From assembly GCF_009914755.1 (NCBI RefSeq), contig NC_060936.1: a DNA stretch of 64,000 nucleotides; one strand, 5' to 3'. Positions 43,478 through 59,195 of this stretch are shown here, piece after piece. The DNA comes from the human T2T-CHM13v2.0 reference genome, Homo sapiens. Under the pieces are notes generated by a model. It was given only the letters and a program-made list of their open reading frames with translations. It did no database searches and was not told where the DNA came from. Each line of letters begins with the position of its first letter. Within the stretch, counting starts at the first letter, position 1. The translations under genes and the position numbers were made by a program.

Positions 43478-44699
43478 GTTTGCTTCTATTGCAAATTGAA
43501 CCGGCAGGTTATTTGAAGCTCTTTGTTATCCCCAAGGGTCTCATCCCACCTCTCCTGCACTCCAGTGTAGAGCCACTTGCCTTCTTCCCGATCTAGTTCC
43601 AGAATCTAGCTGGGTCCTGTTCCTTCCTTTGCCTTTTATGATGTGTTATCATGATCTGGAACTTGGGGTCCAAGCTATGATAGCTACTTACTGCTCTTTT
43701 AACATTTATTATTTATTTGCTCCAACTCATACTGGCCACCAAATTAATTCTCCATGTAGTAGACATCTTTTGGGTTTCTTCCTTGTTATTTCATTGCATA
43801 AATAATTAGATATTACGCAAATAGAAAGAATGAGTGTGAAAAGATTGAGACATGCCATTTCTTTGAAAACCAAGTGAAAGGCACGTCTATCGGTGCTGGG
43901 TGTATTCTATCCCGATTCCCTGATTCCTTTCCTCACCTTCCCACTGGGGCATGGGCTCTTACTTGGAGTTGAGTTCTGAATCTCCCTCATCTCTGTGTTT
44001 TTGTGTCTCCTGAGCAGGGATGAGCACACACGTTTCCAAGTGCTCAATGGGTGCTGTTTAGTTGGAGGGACCTGGATATATCCACTCCCCGGGTGAGCCT
44101 CCCGCTTTTGTAATTTTGTGCCAGATTCTCTGTAGCTTCCTGTGAAGCAGACTGATAGAATGCCCTTGCTTCTAGAGAATTTAGGACAAAAATGTGCCTC
44201 GGAGAATCGTGGGCTCTGTTTCATTAATATACAGAAGGGGGCAAAGGAGGCTGCCTCCAGTATTTCATCATCTGGTTCCATCTACCGATCCAGGGTATGC
44301 CTGAAATTATGGACAAAATACTAGGTTTTTGTGAGTAAAATCTTAGTAATCTGAATAGGGTGAAATCCGTAGGAAATTGTCTTCTCTCTCGTTTGAGGAC
44401 CCGTGAGCGTTTACTGTGGCTTGCTGGTATTTGAACAGACTTTCTCTCCCAGGGAACCCACCTGTGAAGGAGAGGTACCCCCTGCTTCTGAGGGACACAG
44501 CCCTACACGGGAGACGCAGACAAGGAGGTGAGCTTTCTTCCAGCTCCAACCTACGTGGTGTCTGTGGAGGTCTTGTTTCTCCCCACTGCCCGTCAAACAG
44601 GCTCCGGCCGGGACTGGGTTTTACTCACTCCGCATAAAGTCTTTATTGTGTCCACAGCCTTCTGTTCCTTTGTATTCACATTTTAAAAATCTCATTTCT

Positions 44700-45055
<356 letters not shown>

Positions 45056-45963
45056 TCAATCATCTTCCACCTCTGCCTTGGCCTCCTGCGGAAGTCCAGA
45101 CAAGAGAGGGAGGCAGTCTGCTTCCCGCAAACGTCTCCGCCTTGCTGTGTTCCTTCCAGCCTTTCTCATTTGTTACTTTCTGTTTCCACCTTTACAGAGT
45201 CGGTCCTGGGAGGAGGGGGGGAATTAGGGCAAAAGGCAGAGTTCTACAGGGCTGGGCAGGTGTAGAATCTGCCCTGGGGCATAGATGCTCAGTTATTGGT
45301 GCTTTCTTTCATGGGGTTTGGTGGTCTCCTCAGATCCTCCCAACCAGAGTCCGTCAGCCCAGCTCCCACGGTGTGGACCCTGTTTCTCTGCCCGCTCACT
45401 CTTTCCCTAAGCACCCAGGCTCCTCCCAGCCAGCCCCCCACAGACTCTATCTGTTGGATTCTCCTTCTTCCCCAGGAATTTATTCCCTGTAGAATCCTCG
45501 GTTGAGTCGTCCTGGGCTGGCCTGCTCTCACGAGGTTCACATTTGGTTCTCAGAACCCAGTGCTGTGGCCTCCACCATGGCACATGTGCAGATCGCCCCC
45601 AATGCAGCCACCTCTCCCTCCACCCTCCCGCCAGGGGAGCAGCCTCAAACACTGTTAAGTTTTCCCAAATAAGCGTTCAAGGCCCATCCTTGCTTTTCAC
45701 AAACTCCACTTCGCACATATCAAAGTCTCTGAGTGGTTGTCTTAAAATCCTTCTCTCTTGACCTGGGGTGAGGATGAGGTCCTCTCCATGCCTCCCTACG
45801 AGGCACAGGGAAATAGAAACATCAGTGACAACCTGACATAAGGAAGTCCTCTCCCTTGCCCTCTCCAATCTCAAAGCCTCTCTTGGAATCTATGCGGGTG
45901 ATGATGAACACTGCAGCTTTCTTCTCTCAGTCTCTTGGCATGTCTGGGAGAGATGGTCTGGTG

Positions 45964-46073
45964 CAGGGCTTGGCACACTTTTCTGTAAAGGACTAGGTAG
46001 CAAATATTGCAGACGTTGCAGGCCAGATGGTCTCTGTCACCATGACTCAACTCTGCCAAAGCAGCTGTGAACA
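45964..46073 (+). mobile_element. MER58A (hAT-Charlie) fragment
   Basis: cagggcttggcacacttttctgtaaagg..tagcaaatatt..gactcaactctgcc. Confidence 0.75.
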
Positions 46074-46394
46074 CCGTCACAGAGCCACAGCCCAGGACTG
46101 GAGGAAGGTGAGCGACGGTTAGGAAAGAACTGGAAAACCCGTCTTCCTTTACTGGACCAAAAAAGTGATAGATGGTGAAATAATGGTTTTATAAATAATG
46201 CAATTATTTTGGGTAATCACACAGTATGTACATTCTATACAGTATCATTTTGGCAAATACTGAATAGTATTGGGTTTAATACTATTATTATTGATTATAC
46301 TATTATTTTGATTATATTGGATCAAAAAATATAAATATTTAAAATGTCTAAGACATTTAAGACAGTTTCTATCACTTATGCTGGCATTTCTCAT

Positions 46395-46480
46395 AGATAG
46401 ATATAGACATAGACATAGACATAGAGCTAGACATAGGGATCCATGTAGATACAGATCTAGGTATAGATGGATATAAATAG
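46395..46480. repeat. (ATAGAC/ATAGAT)n low complexity
   Basis: Directly visible. Confidence 0.8.
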
Positions 46481-46524
46481 AGGTATGAGGGAGAGACACA
46501 TACAGCCATATAATGGCTGTGTCT

Positions 46525-46900
46525 TGTTAAAGACTGCTTGCTTCTGTTCCCTTCAAGTTCATATGTTGAAACCCTAACCCTCATGTTAAGGTGTTCACCA
46601 AAATGTAATTGCATGAGACTTATGCCACCATCCAATGGGATGGTACTAGGAGGTGGAATCTTTGGGAGGTGACAGATCTAGATGATGTCCTAAGAACGGA
46701 GCCCCGTGATTGGATTTGTGTCCTAACAGTAAGAAGGGAAAAAACTGGAGCTTGCTTTCTCCTGCATGTGAGGATCCAGGAAGCAGGTCCCGGACATAGA
46801 TCCAGGGAGTAGATCCGGGCCGTCTACAAGCCAAGAAGCCAGCCGCACAGGACGAGGCCCAGGAAACAGTCAGCAGGTCTCTACTCACTGACCCTGAAGC
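46525..46900 (+). mobile_element. MLT1A-type MaLR LTR
   Basis: ttcatatgttgaaaccctaac, ggaggtggaatctttgggaggtga and ggccgtctacaagcca. Confidence 0.65.
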
Positions 46901-47726
46901 CTCATTGAACTAGAGACCCTGCGTTTCCAGGGTAGGTTAAATTAGACCTCCTGTATCCTTATGGCTGTCAAGGTCAGAAACAATTGCTGGGAACCTGCCA
47001 CGGACACAGCTCCCAGTGACCCTCACCCTTGACAAAGACCCCAACCCATCTTTGCACTGACTCTTGTGCTATCTGTCAATTGCAAACTCCATTTTAGTTA
47101 AAGAGAGGCCTGTCTCTGCCTTGGCAATGTCCTCCACCATTTCCAAATAAATTACTGAGCATAGCAGCCCGTACTTTTGGTAAGCATTTAGCAGGATGCA
47201 AGGAGAGATGCTTGAACAATTAGCTATTAAGTTGTAGTGTTGCTTTTATGTGTTTAAAAAGGATAGTCTTTCCTAGGTTTGAATATGCGAAAATATCTGG
47301 CAAAAGATGAAAAAGCATTTTAAGACTTTACTGTCGTTTGATTCAGATAATGCCAAGATAAAGCATTTTTCCGTCTCTCAATTACTGAAAAACAGTTGTT
47401 TCTCCAAAAGAAATATCCTAGCAGTCCACATTGTTTTCTAAAGAGGGATATTAGCTTTATTTTCAGATGTTTTTCAAAGGAAATGCTTCTAACATTCTCT
47501 GAGGATTCAATGAATGTTTTCCTCTGAGCAGATATGACAGCCAAATAGTTTAGCTATTTACGCCTAAATTCAAAGACGTGCAGTGCCCTCTTGTGGACGC
47601 TATTGCAATCTCCACCAGCACTGAAGGCATCCCTGGCGTTACTGCAGGCCCAGTGGGTGGCTGGGAGACCTCCTGCAGCTGCTAGGAAGGGTCAGAGCCT
47701 GTTACAATCCTTTAACCCCAAAGATG

Positions 47727-47765
47727 CACGCGCGCGCACACACACAGACCACACACACACACACA
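47727..47765. repeat. (CG)n/(CA)n alternating purine-pyrimidine tract
   Basis: gcacgcgcgcgcacacacacagaccacacacacacacaca. Confidence 0.85.
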
Positions 47766-48649
47766 ACTTAGAGTACAAAAAGTCAAATACTCACAGTTCC
47801 TAATTCACTTTCCTACAAGAACTAAAGTCAGGTTGTGCACGAAAATACTACTTATTGCATGAGAGTTACACCTCCAGAAGTCAAAGACCTACGATGAATA
47901 TCTTTTTGCTGAATTAAGCAAGGTAAATTCCACTCGCAACTTTCTGTGACTCCAAGACTCTTCTTAGCTATTTCTGTGAACTCTGCTCATTTCTCTGTAA
48001 TAGCTTTAATTCTTTGATCATATTGAAACGATTGCTGGCAATGCACTGTCACTGGAGAACAGTAAATGAAGTCAGGATTATCAAAACCAGTAATTAGAGG
48101 CAAATTCATTTTTATGTGCTTGGCAAACCTTGCCATTTGATAGAATTAAGTATCTTGTCACATGTGAAATCAATAATTATAAATGATGGATTATTTGCAA
48201 GAAAGCAGAAAAAAAGTAGCTTCTAGGCCTGCTTCCAAAGTTAGAATAAATGTATAAATGAGTTAATATTGACCAATTATATATGAAGTCTGATAAATGT
48301 TTCAGCACTGCTGGAGGCAGAGAATTTATTAGACTAAGTAATGTAAAATATAATGAAATAGATTAAGTATTTTTTTAATGAAATAATGGTACCCATTAGA
48401 TCTGATGACTCTAATCTTAATGCAAATTAGCCTGGTTATAGACATTCTTGCCCTGAATTGTAGATGGTGTGTTTAAATTCTCATGCTGAGAACCACCTCA
48501 AATCCCCAATTAAAAGAGCTACTAATTATGATAAACTAGACTTAGGAGAGTGGTTACGTCTGAGTGGAGAGGGACAGTTTGGGAAGTTTGGGAAGAGTAT
48601 CCAGCTGGCTTCAATGGTATTTGTATTTTCTTCTTAAAATCAGCATTGA

Positions 48650-49086
48650 TGTGTTAGTCTAGGTCTTTAGAGAACAGAAAGCAAGTTGGGATTAGACATG
48701 CAGGAGTTGTATTAGGAGAAACACTCTTGAGAGAAAATAGGCAGGGAGTCAGGGGAGATGGGAAGAGCCATCCAACCACAAAGCAGGTCCAGTTGTCTGG
48801 GAAGGAAAGAGGGGTGGCATGGTGGGCAGGAGAGTCTCAGACAGCTGTGGAGTTTGAAATATTTAGAAAAGTCAGCATGGAAGCCCCAAACCAAAGTCTC
48901 CGTCAAAGAAGGCCCAGTCTCTTGGGGTAGTGTGCCTTAGGGAGCCCGTGGGGCATCATGGCTGGGGTCGCCCCTGGGAGGTGTGGTCTCAGCACAAACC
49001 TAGTGGTGAGGTCCAGAGGGCAGCAGCCTGGGTTACTGGTCCATTGTCGCACTCGGACATCCGAGTCTCCTCTCGCAGACACCACA
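48650..49086 (-). mobile_element. LTR16-family LTR (3' LTR of the ERVL provirus)
   Basis: gggattagacatgcaggagttgtattagg, ccaaagtctccgtcaaag and cagagggcagcagc; TG...CA termini. Confidence 0.7.
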
Positions 49087-49823
49087 ACCCACCCTCTCCA
49101 CCTTGCAGCCCTTTGCTTCCCATACATCTTGGGAGCATCTTCTCTGCAGTCCCCACAGGGCCTTCCTTCACGAGAGGAAGCTTAGAAGAGGGACATTTGT
49201 GGCAGGAATTATAGCCCCAATAACTGTAGTTGATCTCAGAGCTGCAACTGCATCCTCTCCCTCCTGCACAATCCATTCTGAATCCTGTCACTCTCAGCTA
49301 TCTCTTGGGCAGGCCTTGGTGTCTCACTGCAGTCTGAGCAGAACCTTTAGGCTGGGGTTGCTGCCTTTGCCCACTCACTGTAACAGTGGGGTGGGGGAGC
49401 ATCAGGAGGCATCCATGCAGGTCACACGAGCTCCACGTCCACGCCTTCCTGCCCCTGCATAAATGCAGCCCTATGTCACCTCCTGGTAGGTGTCACTAAT
49501 CAGTAGACACTCTTGCCAATACAGGAGACCCTCTCCTTTCCTGCTGATCCCTGGTGAATTCAGTGGAGTTATAAAAGGGACCACCACAGCCCCCTTTAGA
49601 CCTTTAATGAATCCATTTATTTTTGCTTTCTCCTGCTTCTCCAACATGAGATTTTTTTTTTTAATTTGTTATCTTACCTAGGTAGGTAGTTTCAGAGGTT
49701 TCCACTGTGACTTCCTCACTATAAAAATTCTTACCACACAGGACACAGACCCAATATGGAGGTTCCTCCAAACACCAATTGTACCAAATTCAACTGATAC
49801 TTGGGGACTTCAGAAGTGACCAC

Positions 49824-50356
49824 TGAAGTACATCAAAACATTTTATGCCAAAATATATTTTTTGACATATTTAGAAACGGCCCTGCAAAGCCGTCTTTTG
49901 TGGGGGAAATTTGCCTCTGTAGAGAATCTTCAGTAACGCAGCCAGGCCTCCCTTTCCAGGCCTTTCCTGGATCTAACAGAGATTCTAAGAGAGAGTCTGA
50001 CACCTTTAAAAGTCTGGAAAGAGGCAGCTGCCATCTATTCTGCCTGTGGGATGCTACCTGAGAGGCTTCATTCACATGATAAGGCCACCTTTGCCAGCCA
50101 AGACTCTTCCTTTCTCTCTCCTATGACCTGTCTTGCCACTAAAACGTGTTTTTGGCTGTGCTCTGAGCATGCATTCTCTCTGTAACCTCAGGATGGTGTA
50201 TAAGCTTCTGTACCTCACCAGCGGGTTAAGCCTTCATTCTGAAGACCACCGTGTATACATGTTAAATAAATATGCCTTTTCTCCTATTAATCAATCTGCC
50301 TCATGTCAGTCATTTCTCAACAGACCTTTAGGGGACCCAGGGCCTTGGCCCACACA
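49824..50356 (+). mobile_element. MER34/MER39-group ERV1 solo LTR inserted in ERVL pro
   Basis: tgaagtacatcaaaacattttatgccaaaata..ggccctgcaaagccgtcttttgtggggga...cccacaca; flanks ccac/tcac. Confidence 0.75.
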
Positions 50357-50637
50357 TCACTTAGTTGGGTCTACACATACAGTGAGCTGACTGTGAGCCA
50401 AACTTCATCCAGGGATCCATTTATTACCTGGCACCCACAGGAGCCCTTCTAAGAGGCGAGACACAAAGCATGATGTCTCAGTCGTGATGTCTCAGTCCTG
50501 CTTTCCATCACAGCATCTGCTTTTCACGGTGTTGCAAGGTCCTTTGTCTTCCTCTTAGGGTTGTGGCAAGCTCTTCCATCAGTGATGTCAGGACTTGAAA
50601 AACGGCTTAAGACTGGACATTGTGTAAGGGATTGTAA

Positions 50638-51001
<364 letters not shown>

Positions 51002-52124
51002 TGCCTTTTTAAAGATACAGATGTTAAGTAGCACCCTGGTTGCTGGCCCATCCATTTTGTTTTGAGAAAGGCCATTCTCTGCTATCCATCTCCACAATGC
51101 CTTTGGGTCAAACTCCCTCGAATGTCCCTGCACCCTTGCTGAGAGTTTTATGTTGATTGCAGCCTTCTGGCTTGTGGGTTTAAAGTGCAGCCACCTGTGT
51201 TACCTCAGGGCTTCCACATCCCTATGGATGTTGATGATCCTGCCCGGGTGATCAAAGAGCCTTCCTATGGTCAGCTCTGGCCTGCAAAGCAGAACTGCCA
51301 CCGACCCTCTTAGAGACGCCAGTGCTGTCTCTCCATCACATTCCCATGCACATTGCAGCATAAGCCATCGCCTCGGTATCTCCTAGGGGCTTTCTCGAGA
51401 AACACGATTTTCTGCTGAGTCATCTGGACTTAGTATATTCATTCCAACACACTGATTTCCCTCAGCCTCTTTTTTCTTACCATCAGCAGTGTTTTTTCTA
51501 GGCTTCTAAAAATCTTCCCAGCAGTGAATTCGTCCCAGTATCTGGGACTCTTCTAGGGTGTAAATACCATGAGAGAAAGTGTCTCAAGGCAATGAATGCT
51601 CATGTATGCAGTATTGCCATCCTGGCCCTTAAAATCCATCCCCAAAAAGTGAGCAATTCCCCTCGTTCGTGCTAATGCATGCAGGCTAATCTGTCCCATG
51701 TGTTTTTTTAATGTCTGATCTCTCTGTGCTAACTTTTCAGTATCAACATATACCCACCTGGTTTATGCTAGGTGTCAACCCTAGTTGTTAGTCTGGCAGC
51801 CAGGAAGGGAACTGGGCGCAGAGTTGAGGGAGCACTTGTTGCCTGAAGGATTTTTCAGTATACTCAAGGGAGTGCTACTTCCTAGGAGGGGAGGGTGGTC
51901 CAACCCTAGAAGCCATCTGCACAGGGGCAGTGTTGTGGCATCAGCATCCTCAGCGGGGGACATCCCACCCCATGCTCCAGGGCTCCAGACCTTTACACAA
52001 CAGACCTGTCTTGGCTGAGCATCCAAATGTCTCTGCAACTCAGCAGCTCTAAAAATTAAATTTGTTTGTTTGCTTTCAAATCCGCTTCCTTGAGTTATAA
52101 TTGTACACAGTAAAAATCGCATAG

Positions 52125-52968
52125 GTTTAGCAATCCCATTTCTGTGTATATACCCAAAAGAAGTAAAATTAGGATTCTGAAGAGACAGCTGCACCCCCAT
52201 GTTCACTGCAGCATTATTCACAATAGCCAAGCTATGGACACAATATAAATGTTCATCCTAAAATGAATGGATAAAACAACATGATATTCACATACAAGGG
52301 AATATTATTTAGCCTTACAAAAGAAGAAACTCCTTCAGTATGCAACAACATCGACAAACCTAGAAGACATTATGTGGACTGAAATGAGCCGGTCACACAC
52401 CGTGTTTCCATTTATAGAAAATGACCAGGATAGGCAAATCTATAGATAAATAAAGTAGATTAGTAATTCCCCAGGACTGGTGAGATTGGGGAAAAAATGA
52501 AAAGCAACTGCTACTGGGTACAAACATTTTGGGGGAGGATAACAAAAATGTTCTAAAATTGACTGAGATGACAGTTGCACAGCTCCCTTAATACAGTAAA
52601 ATAATTTGACCGGCACACTTTTTTTTTTTCTGAGACAGAGTCTCACTCTGTTGTCCAGGCTGGAATGCAGTGGGGCAGTCTTGGCTCACTGCAACCTGTG
52701 CCTCCTGGGTTCAAGTGATTCTCGTACCTCAGCCTCCCTGAGTAGCTGGGATTACAGGCACGTGCCACCACGCCTGGCTATTTTTTGTATTTTTAGTAGA
52801 GATGGAGTTTCACCATGTTGGCCAGGCTGGTCTCGAACTCCTGACCTCTGGTGATCCTCCCAAAGTGCTGTGATTACAGACATGAGCCACTGAGTCTGGC
52901 CCTATACACCTTAAGTGGGAGCGTTCTATGGCATTGAATTATGTATCTCAACAAGGCTATTTTTAAAA
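52125..52968 (+). mobile_element. L1MB-type 3' end interrupted by an Alu
   Basis: catgttcactgcagcattattcacaatagccaag, aaaatgttctaaaattga and tatctcaacaaggct. Confidence 0.8.
52619..52901 (-). mobile_element. AluS
   Basis: Antisense dimer with small deletion. Confidence 0.93.
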
Positions 52969-53729
52969 CCGGGCAAATGTGGTGATGAATTTCAGGGCAG
53001 AGCAGCTGAAGCCTGTTGGTGACACTCCCTGCACAGTCTGAAGTATGTTTCTATGGCTATCAGAATTAGGTCCCTGGGTGTGGCTGTATGATCGTTTACA
53101 TTTGTTACTGCGTGTTTTAAGGTCAAAAGTGCTCTACTAACCAGTGGTATTGGCAAATATTCTCATATTCCAAAGCAAATTGCTAGATTATCCATCTGCA
53201 CACTAGAAAACAAGAGTATACAAAAGTTTGGAAGTTGAAGAGTTCAGGAAGTGGATGTGAAAGAGAGAAGCCCATTTGAGAGAGTTAACATCAAAGAGAG
53301 TCCCTCTTTCTTTTGACCTAGAAAGAAGAGTATTTGTCTCTCACCTTAAGCCAAGTGGGAGATAAAATTCTAGAACTTTGCCCTGGAAGTTGTGGGAGCA
53401 CCAAACTTAGGACCAAAAACACTCCTCAAAATGCCTACAGGAGAGATGCTGCGTCTGGAGTCTCCTGCTTGGCATTGGAGCAATGATAGGGTCCCTGTGG
53501 AGAAGTCGCTGCATCCTCACAAAGGTGCTGGCAGGCATCAGGATGTCAGCCTGCAGGTGATGAGACCCCAACAAGCAGAAGCAGAACCAAGTACCCTGGG
53601 GCTGGGAGGAGTGGTCTGGAGAACACTGCCTTCACTGAGAAATGTCTTGTCTTAGGACAGCAGGGAATTTTCTCAATGTTGGCAAAAAGTAGATGTTCAA
53701 TAAATGTTTGCAGTGGTAAATTTATCTTC

Positions 53730-54120
53730 TCATGTTGTTTCATTCAGGAAAGCAGACAGCACAGGCATTTCAAACAGAAGGAATTTAATTCAGGGAAATT
53801 TCCACAGAGGTGATTGAAAAGCCACTCAGATAGTAACAACTGACACGAGTGGCTTTCACCCTCAGCTAGAGAGACAAAGGGACATGGTGATGTTATTAAA
53901 GGCGGGAGCCTGGGTCTTAGATTTAAATCTTGAACCATAGCAAACCCATGCAGAGGGAGATGGATCCACACGGGAGACTCAGCTGCCACCAGGCAGCAAG
54001 TAAACGAGAGTAAAACCCTGGCTTCCCCTTCCCGTCACTGTCTGCCACTGGGCATCACAGACTACAACCCTCAGCTGTCGGGGGACCCGTCTCCCAGAAA
54101 CATGAGTTCTCCGGCCTCAT
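53730..54120 (-). mobile_element. LTR41-like ERVL LTR
   Basis: caggcatttcaaacagaaggaatttaattcagggaa..gctagagagacaaagg. Confidence 0.45.
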
Positions 54121-54942
54121 CTAGAGCAGGATCCTAGAAAAGTTAGACCCACTGATTTGGAATTTTTGCAATATTTCTGCACTTGAGAAATTTTACATAA
54201 TGTCAAGAATTTTTGCCATGGAGCAGGTTCCCTTTTTGTTTTAGTTTAGGTGTGCTTGTTTTAGTGTTAGGATCTCTGCCAAGCAGATAATCAAAACTCT
54301 CACGTTAGTGACGGTGTTCAAATTTGACATTGTGTCTTTAATCTATTTACTATCAGAAATGGTTTGAGGCACTGCTGTCTGAGAATTAGGAAAATTTAAA
54401 AAGTAAATAGAACATTGCTTTCACAGTGTTCCCCACACAGAACTAGAGGGGGGAATCTTATTATTGCATTCACTACAGGAAAACTGGCTCAGGCCAAAAA
54501 TGAACTCCAGCAAAGGCTCTAAATTTTTCCAGGCCATTTCCCCATCTTTGGACCAACTCTTTAGAGAGTGACATGATCCTAGTTTGGAATTTTCTGTGGA
54601 AAGGAAACATTTTCTGTAACGCACAATAGGGCTGTATTGAGTTAAATGGGTGTGTTCTGGACTGGCTAACAAGCCTGCAGTTCTTAAAGTCAGTATTTTA
54701 AAACTATAACAACAATTATTTAGGAGAAAGAGAGAGTAATCTACGGGGGAAGAGTGGTCAGAGGTAATCATTGTTCTCTTTCACTTTTATTGTTCTGAGC
54801 AATTCAGCTCTAGCCCCTAATTTGCACATCAACTGTAAAAAAAGCGAAAAGAAGGACTACAACAACAGTAACAATAACAACAACAGACCATGTGGTTAAT
54901 CAGAAATATTCTCTTAGAAAATATGATTGGATATTTTTTCTT

Positions 54943-55168
54943 TATTTTATTTTTATTTTTATTTTTTTTTGGAATAGGGTCTCACTCTGCCACCCAGGCT
55001 GGAGTGCAGTGGTGCAGTCTTGGCTCACTGCAGCCTCAGTATCCCCAGTTCAAGCAATTCTCCCACCTCAGCCTCCTGGGCAGATGGGTTTACAGGCACA
55101 TGCCACCACAACCGGCTAATTTTTGTGTTTTTTGTACAGACAGGATTTCGCCACGTTGCCCATGCTGG
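54943..55168 (-). mobile_element. AluJ, 5'-truncated
   Basis: 14-bp TSD ggatattttttctt on both sides. Confidence 0.9.
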
Positions 55169-55944
55169 GGATATTTTTTCTTACTCTATACAGCTCTCTC
55201 ACTGAGAGGGATTCAGTAAAGATCCCGCTCTCTACCCGTTGACATTTCCAATGCCCATTAAAGGTTGGCATCCAGCAATGCCTAATTTGATGATTTCTTA
55301 ATATGATCTCAATCTAATGGACTGGAAAATGTAGGTCACTGATGGAATTGACACAAAAGTGGATGTTAAAAGGTAGAACTTGAGGATGGGAGAGAGTCTC
55401 AGATAAAAGGGAACAGAGGTAGCTCTAAGGTAGAGTGCTTGAGAAAATGGCTAGATGACATTTCAGACAGGAGGCTGGGGAAGATATTGCATCATTGCAT
55501 TGGCCCCGTTTTAAATGTCAGTGAAATCCAAAGAGGAAGCATCCATCTGGGACTGGAGCACAAGTGCTCAAGCGAAGCCCAGAAAGCCCATGGAAAGCCT
55601 CTGCTCCCATCACATCTGCTAAGGATGTACCAGCCAAAACAGGATACATGGACAGGCCTGAATTCTATGGGGCTACCCTTGTTCCCATACCACAATCCTA
55701 ATTACTACAGAGAAATCATACATCTTCATAATTGGTAGAAAGTCACCATTTTTTTGTTTTCATTAAAATAATTGTCTCAGTTGTTCTGCGCTTGGCGAGG
55801 TAAACCCCGGGGCTTAGACTTGGTTCCAGGATCACGCTATTTTAAGCTAATTTTTATTGAGTGTTAGGATCCCTGCCAAGCACATGATGGTCTCCTCACC
55901 AGAGATCATATCACGTGATTGGGAGTACGTCCCAACCCTGCACC

Positions 55945-56095
55945 TCGCCAGTGGGGAAATGCCAAATCTATAAAAACGAGTGTAATAATAGGATCGATCA
56001 CATCTGTTGCTTCCAAGAATAAGATAATGCATGTAAAAGTGCACAGCCCATCGCTCACAGTAGATGTGTCATAAGTGATAGCTGGTTTTGTTGTT
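55945..56095 (+). mobile_element. MIR 3' fragment
   Basis: agataatgcatgtaaaagtgcacagc..cacagtag. Confidence 0.5.
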
Positions 56096-57377
56096 ATGTA
56101 TAAAATTCTGGTAACCTTAGTAGCACCCCATAGGAATGTTAATTAGGATTAAGTTAGATGGCTAATGCAAGCTAAATTCCTTCACTAACTCCCTTGCTTT
56201 CTCTCCTTTTTTTTCTTCTGCTTCTCTTACATTGCATACCCATATCATATAAGCGAGAGGGAATGTGGAAAGAAAAAGTATTAAAGATGAATTTATACTT
56301 CTCTTGGAGTAAAAAAGGTAAATGTATTTTTGGATAGCAATGATCTTCCCAAAATGTTACTTAGTCAAACTCTTGGGACTAATATTATGAAAAGTATTGG
56401 GAGTGAGCAGAATGTTTTCCATGGGAGTTTAGAACAATTTAATGTGTTCCATTATTCTGGTAGAGAAGGAAAACACAAATAAAAAGAGAATTACTCTTCA
56501 GGAAAAACAAAAATGAAGGCTGTGCCTTCTCTGCACTAATCTTTTCAGATTTTTCTTTCTAGTAAACTTTTAGAATATTTTCTTGATTTAGCATTTGCTA
56601 GTAAATATGACGGCTAGTTCAAATCAACATTACTAAACAGTTGAAAAAATTAAAATGCCACAGATAGGAACATATGTAATTTTTTTCTCATTCCTCTATG
56701 TAATTTATACTTCATTTTATAGCTTCAAAAATCCCTGCAAGCATTGCATAAGAAGAAAGCGTTAATTAAGAAGAAAGATGGATTGATTGGAACAATATGT
56801 TTGGCTTATTTTATAAGAAAAATAAAAAAGATCTACAAATTGGTTATATAGTGTTGCATGTCATAAAAACCTTGCCAATATTTCTGTATATACCAAAACA
56901 TAAAACAGGAAGATAGAATGGAGAATGCTTGGAAAATAAATATTTTAAAGTTGCTATGCAAATGTCTTACATTTATGCATACATTTGGATAACTTTAGCT
57001 GCTTATAACATGTGAATATGTAAATGAGAATATGCATGTTTATAATACTGTGGGAGAAGATCACCCTACCCAAAGAATGAATGCAATTGATGTGAAACTA
57101 ATTTGGAAAACTTAAATCTCAACCTGAACTCCGTATGCCTTCTCTAGTATCAATGCATTTACTTCCCCGTACTGATATTAGAAATTGGATTGATTGCCAC
57201 ATTGTTAACCATGACCAAATGTGATAGTAGTTTCTCACACCATGTACATACTTTGGTGATGAACTTGCTGTACTGCCAGTCATTTGACAGCATGTGACTT
57301 GGTGATTTCTAGAATTTGCTTTGATTTTTTTGTACCTAATAGAGAATGTATTTTAAAATAGATTTTGGATTAAAAAG

Positions 57378-59195
<1,818 letters not shown>

